Assembly: GCA_964106645.2 (NCBI GenBank)
Contig: OZ067038.1
Length of the DNA stretch: 64,000 nucleotides
Origin: Podarcis pityusensis
Lineage: Eukaryota
Reading direction: 5' to 3' (one strand)
Under the pieces are notes generated by a model. It searched no databases. It worked only from the letters and a program-made list of their open reading frames with translations, and had not been told where the DNA came from. Positions 12,269-24,500 of this stretch are shown here, piece after piece. The first letter of the stretch is position 1; each line of letters opens with the position of its first letter. The translations under genes were made by a program, and so were the position numbers.

Positions 12269-13859
12269 AGGAGAGAGAACACACTACACCACACTCACCT
12301 GTGGTAGTTGCAATGGATTTCTAAATCCCTGCCCTATCCACCGGCAAAGTATAGGTAGGCCTGTTGAACCATAGGACCAGTTCCAAGACCACATTAGGGT
12401 GATACCTTTATTAGGGCAACCAAAGGAGTTTTTCTATTATCTGTAAACAGAAAAAACCCAGCTGTTTTGTAAATTTGTCTGCATCCTTAGGCAAACCACA
12501 CAGGTTCCTTGCTATGCAGAAAACAGCAATAAAGAGAAACTTGCTTTACTGAATAGCTGGAGGGTTCTGAGCTGTTTGGCGGTGGTATCCTAAACTGGAG
12601 GAATAGGATTTTGCACCACCTGAAGATGGGGCTAGGCTCTCTGAGGCAACATATTGTTTCCAAAGATTGAGAGGCAAACATTGTTATGCTTCTTTTCCCC
12701 AGTAGACCAGGTGTGGGAAGCCTTGGGCCCCCCAGCTGTTGCTGAATTACAACTGCCATCAGTCTTGGCAAGTATGGCAAAGAGGTAAAGATGATGGGAG
12801 ATTGGGAGGCGTTGCTGCTCAGGGAAAGGAGAGGAAAGGCAACCCCATTTTGTGATATATTTATTGCATTGCATTGTATTAATTGGTCACTTTTTTCCTT
12901 CAAAAAATGAAAGTGACTTTCCCCCCACTGCATTTCTCTTTTAAAGTGAGCCTCACATAACAGCTGCTCTCTGGAGGATTGTATCCAACTTCTACAGCCA
13001 CAGGATGCATTTTCAGATATAATGTGTCAGATATAATGATGCAGCTCAAATGTCTCTGAGAGACCTCTGAGCTAATAATCATACGCTCAGCCCTCATATC
13101 CATAATCACCTTTATTCAGCTTGTGACAGTAGTGACACCTTTGTGGTAAGTTTGCTTTAAGTGGTCTATTACTTGTTATAAAGTTGTAACGTCTCACTAT
13201 AAAAACATTTATGGAAAGTGCATGCCTCAGGTATGTGAGATCTAAAAGATCTCTTGCAATCTGAAAACTGAGTACTGTACCATTTAATATAATTCTTAAA
13301 TAAATATTAGCTAGTGGAAATATACTTATTCTTATTGTTTTTGTGAAAACCTCTTAAGAGTTTTATTATTTTAAGCAGTATAATTTTTTGAAAACTAAAT
13401 ATTAATACTCAATTTATTAGTACTAATTTTAATGAGGGCGTGTGTGTGCTTTGCAATGTATAAATGATTGTACCACACAGAAGGATCTGATCCAAGCAGA
13501 GTAACCTTACTGGGCCATTGCTAGTACAATGGGGCTTCCCCACCTCTCCTCCCCACCGTTGCTACTCAGATTATTGTTTAGGACTATGAGGAGACACCAC
13601 TCTCAGCATTTGAATTGTGGCTTTGATTTAAAGATTTGTCAGCATGGGATGTAAGCATTTATTGCTCAAGACTGTACAAGCCCATTAAGAGTGTGTGTGA
13701 ATCATCATTCTCCAAGATATTTGTTTGCTGCAAAGCTCATGCATGTAGTTTTAATATGCATGTTGGAAGTTGACTTGAGTACAATCCAGTATATACAGTA
13801 ATCTGGTATTGGGAACATGGGGAAATGCCTATTGTCTTTCTCTGCAACACAACCCTCTG

Positions 13860-13951
13860 TATAAAGGTGTCCCAGTTTTATCTATGCCATCTGAAGTCTG
13901 CATGTTATAAAGGTGTCCCAGTTTTATCTATGCCATCTGAATTCTGCGTGT
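13860..13951. repeat. 46-bp tandem duplication
   Basis: TATAAAGGTGTCCCAGTTTTATCTATGCCATCTGAA.TCTGC.TGT x2. Confidence 0.9.
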
Positions 13952-15684
13952 CTGCCTTTGATAAGGAGATAGCCTTGTGCTGTGAGCCAGGGCAGTCTTA
14001 GGGCTTTAGAAGGCATTTTTTGCAGCAGTCAAGAATTAAGGGTCCATTTTTGTGAGTATGGAACAACTGCCTCAAATCAAACCCCATTGTCTTTTTTATT
14101 GTTCAGTTGCAGTTCAAGAGATAGGTGACAGACAGCTACAATGATTCCGAATAGCTTGAGACATTATACACAACACACTGCTCTGGTCTGAAATCTGAGC
14201 GTCCTGATGACTGCTTTGTTACTTGTGGTACTTTGAAAAGCTAGCTGGGAACAGAAACTCACAAGGAGCTTTCCAGGGAGTTTCATGAGCCTCATGACAA
14301 AGCTCACTACAGATATGCAATTCCCAAGGGGCATGGGAACATCCTCTGCTGCCCATGGCAGCTGCTTTTAGACCAATTGGAAAGCTACTTGATCAAATAC
14401 CATCCATTAATTATAAAGGGCGAGTCTGTAACTCAAGAGGGGGAAAGCTTAGCGCCAGGGAACAGGAGGGGAAAGGTAACACAGCCAACCTGGTTACTTG
14501 CACACTTAGGATCTTCTCTTTCCCTAATCTCTGACACGGAGCTTAATTGGAGTCAGGACTCACCTCTAGAATCAGTTTTCTACCTAAGGGTTTTTTAAAT
14601 AGAAATAATTGGACTGCCTCCGAGCATGAAGATTATTCCCATATTATAAAAGGTGGATTCCAGCTAAGAGATGAGATGTGCTTTGAGCATATTTTAGAAA
14701 TTAAGAACTGATCACATCCATTGTAGTTTTGGAAGCATGACCTATTCAAGAAGGCAACTAGGAAGGCACTGTAACTAGGCAGTTTTGTACATGTATATGT
14801 AATATATGACCTTATCACCAAGATGTGGCCTTTCCCCTAAAGTTCCATACTTGCTTTTGGATGCTAGTGGGCAATTTTTATGACTTGCAATACCTTTGCT
14901 CAGTTCAGGATGTAGTGTCACTTGGATAATGCATTCATAAAATTGTAGTACTATTTTTGGGAGTGAAAGGAAAAGCAAAATAAAGGTTATTAAGAGCTTT
15001 CTAAATTCATGTGCTATTAATGCATTAAGAAACAAATACACAGTGGTTGCCGCAACAGATCACCCATGTATCTATTAAAAAAGAACAAAGTAAATACTGG
15101 GCCGAAGCCAACATTGTGTGAGCAGAAGGCTGTTTGGCTTGTACATGGGCAGTGTTGGATACAATCCATTGAAAATTAATTAGCAAATGTTATGAGAAAT
15201 CTTTGCAGTCAGCTGTGATAAACAGAGCACATGTTGTGAACACATGTATGCACCCAGTTTATGTCATACAGTTTTAAGATGACAATCCAGAACCTTAACA
15301 TCAATGGACATTTTGCCAGTGGCTAGAGTGGGATGTGACTGTACCTTTACTTTGGAAACATATTTCATTCCAGCCTGCTGTCCCCTTAAGCACTGGAATC
15401 CCAACTCTCGTAGTGCCTTACACTATGAGAAGGATTAAGCTTTCGGCAGCACCCACTGCTGTTGTATTAACTGAACATTTCATTGCTATTCTTGGTAACG
15501 AAGAGGACAAGATTCTTAGGTCTTGGCCAGGTGCCTGCAGAAGCGATTCAGTGGCAAGACAGAACCCAGAACAGAACAGATGATCCATGAAATGCCATTC
15601 TGATTGGAACAAATGCAGCTCGCTGGCCAGGATACAGTCTACAAGCCCATGGGTATTGTATTCCATAGTTCTGCAAGGCAAGGG

Positions 15685-15910
15685 CATAATGTGGTGGTAC
15701 AGTGTTAGAACCAGATTAGGACCCAGGAGACCAGGGTTCAAATCCCCACCCAGCCATGATGCTTACTGGCTGACCTGAGCCAGTCTCAGAGTCTCTCAGC
15801 CTAACCTACCTTGCAGGGTTGTTGCGAGGATATAATGGAGATGGGGGAGGAAAATGTATGCTACCCTCAAGCTTCTTGGAGGAAAGGTGGGATATAAATG
15901 CAATAATCAT
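15685..15910 (+). mobile_element. Degenerate tRNA-derived SINE (same family as 607-830)
   Basis: B box GGGTTCAAATCCC, CTCTCAGCCTAACCTACCTTGCAGGGTTGTTG, tail GGGATATAAATGCAATAAT. Confidence 0.7.
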
Positions 15911-17992
15911 AAAATTATTTTTTTATTATGCTGAATTCTATTTATTTTAGCATATTGAAGATTCAGGTAACATTTTTATATAGATCACCAATCTTCTTTG
16001 AATTGCCTAGTCATAAATTAACATACCAAAAAGGCCATATTGTAAGAGATGTATTTAAGAGTACACTTGTTGTTTCTCTTACACCCTTCCTAATCTATAT
16101 ATCTTGCTCTGAACGTTAAGGATGCTCAGAACAGATCACATGGGAAGCCAGAAGTAGCTCTCAAGTAGACATTATTACACTGGCCAATATCTGCTCATCT
16201 TTAACAATGGCACTTCATACCTTCCCAGCTATTCACTTTTATGTCTTTCTCAGATCACACTGGTCTATCTTCTGCAAACCAGAACATTCAAATTATTTAA
16301 AGATCTTGCTAAAAGTATGCCATACTTCATGTCTGTGATGCAGTGAAGAATATTTTATTGTACTCTTTTTGTCACCTGCTTAAAACATTTTTTAAGGCAA
16401 ACCTATCCAGACATGTAGTTGTTTTGATCTCTTTTGCTGTTCATTTTAATTATTTTTAAATGTTTTCAATGGTTTTAAATTTATTGATAATTTTAATATT
16501 TCTTGAAAACCACTTAGGGGTTTTATTGCACTCAAACGATATATATATTTTGTTAAAAAAATGACACTATGCTCTTGAACCATGGTTCTCAAAATAAAGC
16601 AGAGTTGCTAAGCAGAAACATGTGGCTCCACCTTCGTTTACCAATATAGGCTATATGTGCCCCCCCACAGGTTGTGAACTGCTACCCAGCATAGTGACAC
16701 TCACTCCAACCCAACAGCTAAGGGCTCTCTGGGCAAAAAGCACAGCTCTCTCAACTGGAGGGAAATGCTATATTGCCCAGTGATAAACGGCTTTGAGAGG
16801 ACATTTTTGGTAATGTCTACAGCCCTCCCTGCCATTCTTCCAAGCCATTATTTTAAGTCAAAGAGGATCCAGATTCATTTGGCTTATTTTTTATTCAAGT
16901 TACAAAACAGAAAGCAGTTGGTAAAGTCCACTCAAGGCAGGGATGGATAAAACAAGGCTGTTATAAAACGGAGCCGCTGTAAGAGCAAAAGCAGTCCATG
17001 GAGAGGGAAGAGTTAAGACACCCTTGGCATGGCATGGCCAGCCATCAGCAAAGAAAAGAGAGGAAACGGAAGATAGGTTCCTACCCAAAACAGCAGCAGG
17101 TGCTGAGGCCAAGGGATCTGGCAAGGGACCAGAAGCCACCTGCTCCCAGCCTTGTTGTACAACTGACAAACAGCTTGGATGATTTCCCCCTCCCTCCCCT
17201 TCTTTTTGTTTGCTTCTCTCATTTAGAGGGCAGGGGAGAAGATGTCTCTGCTGACTGCTTAATAGCTCCTCATCCATCGCAGATGCCAACAAACAGGAGC
17301 AGGTTCAAGGTGATAAATTGGATGCACTTAGCCTGGTAGCAGGGGAAGGATAAGATAAAGAGCATGAGAGCCCTTGCGTTTTGCAGCCATTATGCTTTCC
17401 AGCACTAGCCAGCAAGGCTGAAATACCTGCAGCCTTTACCGACTGCCTGAAATAGCTCTTGGTCCCTGTCTGTTTTGTTCACACTTAAGAGTTAACCCTA
17501 CCCTAACCAGAGGCATGGGCTGCTACAAAGTGGAAGGCCACATGGCTTGCCGGCCATGGCATCCATGCAACAACTTTCTCCTCTGGCACAGTTTGAATGC
17601 TGAAGGAATGTTTTGGTGGCATTCTGGATCTTACTGACTAGGTGGTGGAGGATCATCCATAGAACATTTGACACTGGTTCAAATACAGTCACAGAGGCAG
17701 GGACTGTTCTAATGTGTGGCCAAAGGAATGGAGTCCAGGAAGTCTCTGCCTTCTGACATACCAGGAACAATCCTTTAAGAACCTGTGGATATACTATGTT
17801 ATCACCCCTCTCCCAATCCGCCCGAGATTGGGCTTCAGCCCCAAAGGTTGAACTTTTTTTTTTAAAGGATCAGTGGGGCTCCTCTTACGAAAGCACAATT
17901 CCCAGTTGGGAAAAGGGAAACAGGCCTCCTCTGCTTAGAGCTAGATTCAGCTCAAAAGGTATGCCTAAGAGGGTCAAATGATCAGACCAACC

Positions 17993-17998
17993 TTTATT
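17993..17998 (-). terminator. Candidate CNOT9 polyadenylation signal (AATAAA)
   Basis: TTTATT on + strand about 360 nt downstream of the CNOT9 stop; usage not shown. Confidence 0.55.
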
Positions 17999-18360
17999 GA
18001 ACTTACATGTAAACACTGAATAACAAAGAAACTGAGGAATACTTCCCAAGCCTGCCGCACTGAACCAGAAAGGTAGATACGCCATTGGTAGCAGCACGGC
18101 CCAGCTTGGTACTCAACTGATCATCGCAACAAAGCCCACACCCTAAAAGAGGGCTTCTCTGTCCCAACTGTGTTTGCTGGTGTCATAATCCTCAGAGGCA
18201 TGGTGAGACGTTGCTATAGAAAGGGCCTGCAGTCCAGGTAGCTACTGACAGTCCAAGGAGCTGCCCAACCATGCCTGACAGGATCTGGAAGAGGTCATTG
18301 GTTCCTGGCTCTCTGTAAACCTGAGCTGTTTCCTCCTGGGTTCTGCCACCTCCTTGGCTG

Positions 18361-18529
18361 TCACTGCGGAGGAAGGGGGATGCCCCTGGGGTCGGTGACT
18401 TGGCCTTCCTGCAGATTCTTGACCAGCTGTGCCAGCCAACGCTTGGTGGTAGTATCGTCTTTCAGAACCTGGGCAAAGGTGGTGTCTTTCAGCTGGTCAG
18501 GAAGGCACTGCCTGAGGGCTTCCCGTGCC
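18361..18529 (-). CDS. CNOT9: CNOT9 exon 8, terminal ([13 protein letters not shown]...IPLPPQ*)
   Basis: 169 nt, TGA stop at 18363-18361. Confidence 0.96.
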
Positions 18530-21500
18530 CTACATCAGGAGACAAGAAAGAGGGGGGCCAACAAATAAACTCACATGGACAAGAGGGGAGCAAGCCCCCC
18601 TCTTGAATACTTAAGGCTACAATTGCTGTATCAGAAGCACTTTGTATCAGAAGCATCTACACATACCTGCAGGGTACAACCATATTCTTTATACCAGGGG
18701 TGGCTAAACTGTGGCACCACAGACATTTGCTGGACTACAACTCACAGCATCCCTGACCTCTGGCTATGCTAACTGGCACTGATGGAGGTTGGAGTCCAAT
18801 GACATTTGGAGGCCACAGGATAGTCACTTCAACTCCATACGCTATCCTGCATCTTCTCCACCCTGACCAATGGAGTCAGAATGTGACTTATGAAGGAAGA
18901 TTAATGACTTGCCTAATGTTAGGCATCCAGAGCAGTCAAGCACATGATGACTGTTGGCTGGCTTAATAAACACAGACATTTTTGCAGTTAGAGATTGAAG
19001 GGGAAAATATTATAAACTCTCTCATAATTACAGTCAATACATGCTCCTGAACAGTGAGAAGACTCTGGTGCTAAAATAAGTTTGCTTAAATAAGTATAAT
19101 CTTACATGATCTTGCTTCAGTCTTCAGAATCTTGATGAGGCGGTCAGAAGACACTACTTGGACTTTAAGCTCCTGGCATTTATTGTAAGAATTGCCAGGT
19201 TATGCTTGATTTGCTCTGGAGATACAGAAGGAGCTGGACCCCCATCCTGGCACTGCAAAGTGCAACTGTCCCTGGTTCTGCAGCACAACACCAACCTGCA
19301 TCCCACCCCTATCAAGAGATCCCAAGAAACTTCTAAGGTGTCTACCTTGGATTATCAGAAAGGCGGAGGTAACAACGGACCACATGTTTCAGCAGCCTGG
19401 CAGAAGGCTCCTTGGAAAGCTGCAGGACCATTTTACCCTGGTTTAAAAACAGAGAATTTAGAACAAGGACATTTGCTGGTTAAGTATGTGTAACAGCATT
19501 TGTTCACGTTTATCCCTTGTTACCTTTTGCTACTCCTCATCCCCACCCTAGTTTAATTTAGATTGTAAAGTATAAGCTCCTAAAAAGCAAGGCAAATGTC
19601 TGGAAAGCTAATTCTGTCTCTAATATGTCTCACCCCACAAAACACTGTCAAGCATTAGCAGTGACTTGCTCCTCAGGTGTTGGAAAACCAATCTCCTCAA
19701 AAATGGGAGTGCTTTCACACAGCCATAACACCATGAATTGTGTTGCTATGTAATGCTCTGGCATATTTCTTCCTTGAGATTAGGAGTATGAAGAGGTGGC
19801 CCTGTTGTTATGATTAGACGTGACTACTACAAAGATCCAAATTACATTCACTACACTTTCCACCAAAGAGCATTTAGCTCCCCTAAATGCAGGAGCAATG
19901 CTGAGTTACCAAGCCCTTTACAATCAAAGCCACATACCAATATCATTGCAACGTGAGAAAATCGTTCGTAAGTCTGACAGATATAAGCCAACCCCGTATC
20001 ATCCAATAAGATCTTTTGTAGAATAAAAGTAGCAACCTGAAAGACAGAAGAGATAGGGTTGAACAAACGCTTGAATTGCAGACTGTGCAGGATTAGGGTG
20101 GGATGTCGCATTACCAAAAACTCAGCGAAGTCGGAAGACAAAGAGCTTGTTGGGAGAAGACCTATGAGAAGAGATTTTGCCCACTATGAAACCAAATAAA
20201 AACCTCATATAGCACTGACAAGAGGAGAAGCAGGTACTGCAATTATCTATCTTGGTGCTAGCAACTAAAATTTTATTGATCCTGTTGACCAGAGGAAGAA
20301 ACCTGCTTAAATTTTGCAGACAAATGGTGACAGGTTGGTGGCTAGCTAAAATTAATAACCTAATGAAGAGTGACAGATGCATAAAGGTGTGACTAGGAAT
20401 AAACTGACTTGTGAGTGTGACATAAAAGATGCTAAGGATCTTGAGAAGCACACAGGCACCACCTGCAGGCTTCTCAAATAACTGATACTGGGACGGCACT
20501 TACACAATAATAGATCCTTTTCATACTGTTGCTGGAAAAAGAACAGCAGAGTTGCAGCAAGAAATGAGTACAAAAGCACCTTGGGCGAGAAACTGCACAA
20601 AAAGAGAATAAATGTCCTATCCAGCTTTCCTCTCATAATAGTGTTTTGAAAGAGGCAGCCAATCACGACAATTTGAAGTGGGTACATCTGCAATCACTCC
20701 TCAGAGAGAAACAGCCAGCTAACCTCAGATGGAGAAGTCTGCTGCATGCAGGAACATGATGCATTGGAAAGTAAAGAGAAAACAGTCAAGAAACTAGAAC
20801 CACTTCATTACACTAAAAGCAATACCGTTTTGGAAAGTTCGCTGCCAGACTCCATGATGCGTAAGCACAAAGGGATAATTTCCGTTGTCAGTAAGAAGTT
20901 GATTACTTCTTGCTCATCTGTCTTCACCAGGGCCCCTTTGAAATACAAGCAAAAAACCCAAACTGCTTCATATAACTTTGCAAAGGCCTAACAGAAACAT
21001 GCATATAGGAAACAATCAGGGCTAACAGAAAATCAGTGCAGTCTGGAGAAGAAGTGGGAAATTACTGGATAAGCACATGGTTGAGCTCCTAAGAACCAAG
21101 GAGCAAGTACTAAAGATTATTATTTTATTGAAGCAGCAGCCTTTTAACCTTTCCTCCACCAATCACAAATTCCTCTTTTAGCCAATGAAATATCTAAAGC
21201 CTTTTACACTCTTACCTATAGAACAGCAATTCCATCTGTCATGCTTGCCAAGGCAAGTACAGCACTACCTTGTGACAAGTATGACAAGCAGCCAGTCATG
21301 CTTTCCATTGTGAAGCTGCAGCGGTGGGTAGAGATTGCTCTGACAGTTGTGCTGTGATCCCTGCCTTATCTCCAGCTCCAAGGTTCAGAGGAAAAGTGCG
21401 AGTTGTTGGACAGTGGCATGGCTGAATGTTACTGCTGCAAGATGCTCTGCGCATCTTACAATTGTGGTATCCAACTGGCTGCTCTTCTTACTGGTCCTCC

Positions 21501-24500
21501 ACTCACAAAAGACAGATGGGGGAGGGGCACTGTTCTGCAATGGTGCTAGGATGCTTTTAAGCAGTGGTACTCAAGCCAGAATACTCTCCTTGTGTGTGGT
21601 TTACCAGGGTAGAATGGGTGTGAGGGGGGGTTGGCAAGTACAAGTTTTGGATTGTCCAGCAAAGTTAATCATGAAGACCAGTGAACATAATACATTCAAC
21701 TTTTTTAACTCATTGGGTTCAATCACCCAAAGAGATGCTGCTATGATCTTTATAGAGCTGCTAGCCCTGTCAGCTAGCTAGGAGCCCATGCAGCTGCTTC
21801 TGCATTGGCTGGCTATGTGGCTTCTCAATGCCAATAAAAAGGCAGTTTGTTGCATGCTGCACCAAATAAAGCTTCCTGAAAAACTTCTGGTGTGGTCCAT
21901 GAGGTTACAATACACAGTTGCAAGTACTAACCACTAGATCTATGAGCACACTGAAGTTGTGTACAGTATTTGATTGGATAGATAGGGTGCGCATCAGTAA
22001 TGATCCTTTCAGTGTTCTAGGACTCCCAGCCCTGCTAGTTCCATCTTTCCCTAAGGTAATTTGGGAGAATGAGGCTGGAAATTTGTCATTCACCTGAGGA
22101 TCACAGGGTGATTTACAATATAAAAACACAAATATACATAACTTTGAATTGGGCCCAGGACTGGTGTACTTCCCAGAATCCCAGGTGCTAACAACAGTAA
22201 AGAGGAACAACATGGAAATTATTTCTAGAAATGAGAGTCTGCTACATGATTCTCTATTTCTCTGGAATGTTAGAATTCCCTCTTTTAAAATGCATGGCTA
22301 AGTCTCAGAAGAGTTCAAATCAGATCAAAACCCTTTTCTGACCTACAAACTGATGAGGACTTACCATTCCCAGCATCAGTCACTTACCAATTACTCCAAG
22401 ACTTGTGAGTCGTAGGTACTCGAAGGGCCGAGTCTTGCTGACAGTGTGCAAGAAGGGATACAAGAAGAGAGGGATGTGAGCAGCAAGGAAGGCTGACCTA
22501 GACAAAGGAAGAAAAAAGCATTTAGAATGTATCTTCTGGATATTTGCTTACACAGAGTTACTTTGTGAAGGCTAGAGAACTGAATTAGGACCTCACCTTT
22601 AGAAAGAGAAGAAATATGAGGAAATATGCCTGTAAAACTAGTTTTCTTACTGACAAACTGACCGGTAAGACAGGCAGCTTGACTGTTTTATTCACCGAGT
22701 TGGCTCAAGTCACTAATGCACTCTAAAAACAGTGTAAAAACCAGCAAGTTACAGATACCATGTGCTTCTAATGTATGGTGTGGCTGTGACTGAGAATATA
22801 GTTCTGTTGACGTACAGAGCCCTGCAGATAAAGAGGCTTGGCAGAAGCATATTTTCTCTAGTCTGGACATATACCACACTAACCAAAAGTTATTTTTTCC
22901 AGAGATCCAATACACCCGAGTATATTAACCTTGTTTCTGGATGCGATGCAACACACTGTAGAAGTGCCAGAGCATTGCAGACTCTGTTGGACTGATGAGC
23001 TGTCAAAGTTGGTGGATTTATAGATGGATAGATATTTACAATTTCCTATGAAAGAAAGAAGACAGGAAATATTTGTGTGAAAATTCTTCCACACATTTAA
23101 GTACTCCAATATTCAGAGTCAAAATCCTCCCACTAATTACTTGTGATTGATTAATGTCTCAGTTTGATAGAATTTCTGCCCCCACACTAACAACTAGCTA
23201 CAAAAGCTGTAACATATTAGACAAGAACTAAAATACATATGCCCCAATAAGATGTCCTTACTTGGGTGGCTCAAGTTCTTCATTGCCATCTTCTATTGTC
23301 CCAAACTTTTATTAGGTCAAGAGACAGAATTTCAAAACCCTCAGTATCTCAAGATTTTCAGAAAGACATCTAGCAGATTGCTTGCAAGAGTCTAGCAAGC
23401 TATTTCAGTTAAAAGTAATATGCTACCCACCTGTAAGAGAGCTGCAATTGTACCAAAAGAGTGCCACAACATTGGTGCGAGATCAGGGACGGACTCTCGC
23501 TTTTTACTCAGCTCCAACAGTGCATTCTCACGAGTCTCTGGGCTGGAAAGCTCATTGATCCACTGATAAATCTTCTCTCGATCAACCTGAGCCAGTGCCG
23601 TTGGCACAGGCTTTAAAGGAAGACAAAAGGTTCAAGTCAAGGCCTTTGGTCCCAAGTCAAATGAGTATAAACAGTAATACAACCTTGTACAAAACTTCAA
23701 GGGTGATCAGGAGTGATTAGTAGACACTTCCGAGTAAACATAGTTGAGATTAAGTGCCACATATTTTAGTGGGACTTGCTTCTAGCCAAGGCACAGTAAC
23801 AGCACAGGGGAAGGAATATGTCACAGCAGGGGGGGAAAGTTGCTGGATGATAGTTCCATTGGTTTGTGTGTACTCACTGCAGCTGTGCAATCATTTTACT
23901 ATACTGTAGCAGCTAAGTTATTAAAATCATCATTGTTAAATATAATAATAAATAAGTAAACAAAGTCGTTTGGGCACCAAACAAAAATAATACAGCACTT
24001 TAAAAATGACTGTCAACAAAACTGGTTAATACAGCACAAAAGGCTACAAATCCATGACAACAAAAACAAAGCAGAGAATCAATACCAATTCAACTTCAGC
24101 AACTATCATAAAGCAGTGGACCATAAAAGCCTTCCATGCTCAAGATCTTGAGATATAGTCCCTCTCTCATAGCCACCACTCTTTATCTCGGTCTGCTCCA
24201 GATTAATTAATTCAAAACACTTCTGTGTATGGCTCTGTCTCTGCCCATTGCTGCTGATACTTCTCCCTCCCTCAATACCTGACAGAAAAAAGGTTGCCCA
24301 CTCCTGCTTCAGGGGGGTGCAAAGTGATGATTAAAGTTAATAAATGAAATATTCCTCTACTACTGCATCCAATGAGGAGTAGTCCAAAGCATTACACACT
24401 TTTTCATCAGCTGTGCAAAAAATCCCTTGTTCAAAACTCTAGGGCTGCTCCACAGCAAATGAATCCTCAGTGCTTTATGTCTGCTTTGTTAACACATTCC

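Noticed and set aside
16900-17339. 113-130 aa ORFs downstream of CNOT9
   Set aside because: No recognisable homology or exon structure; likely chance ORFs in 3' UTR or intergenic DNA.
1-18000. PLCD4 coding exons expected by synteny
   Set aside because: I could not find PH-domain or other PLC-delta peptide sequence in the window, so no PLCD4 feature is called.
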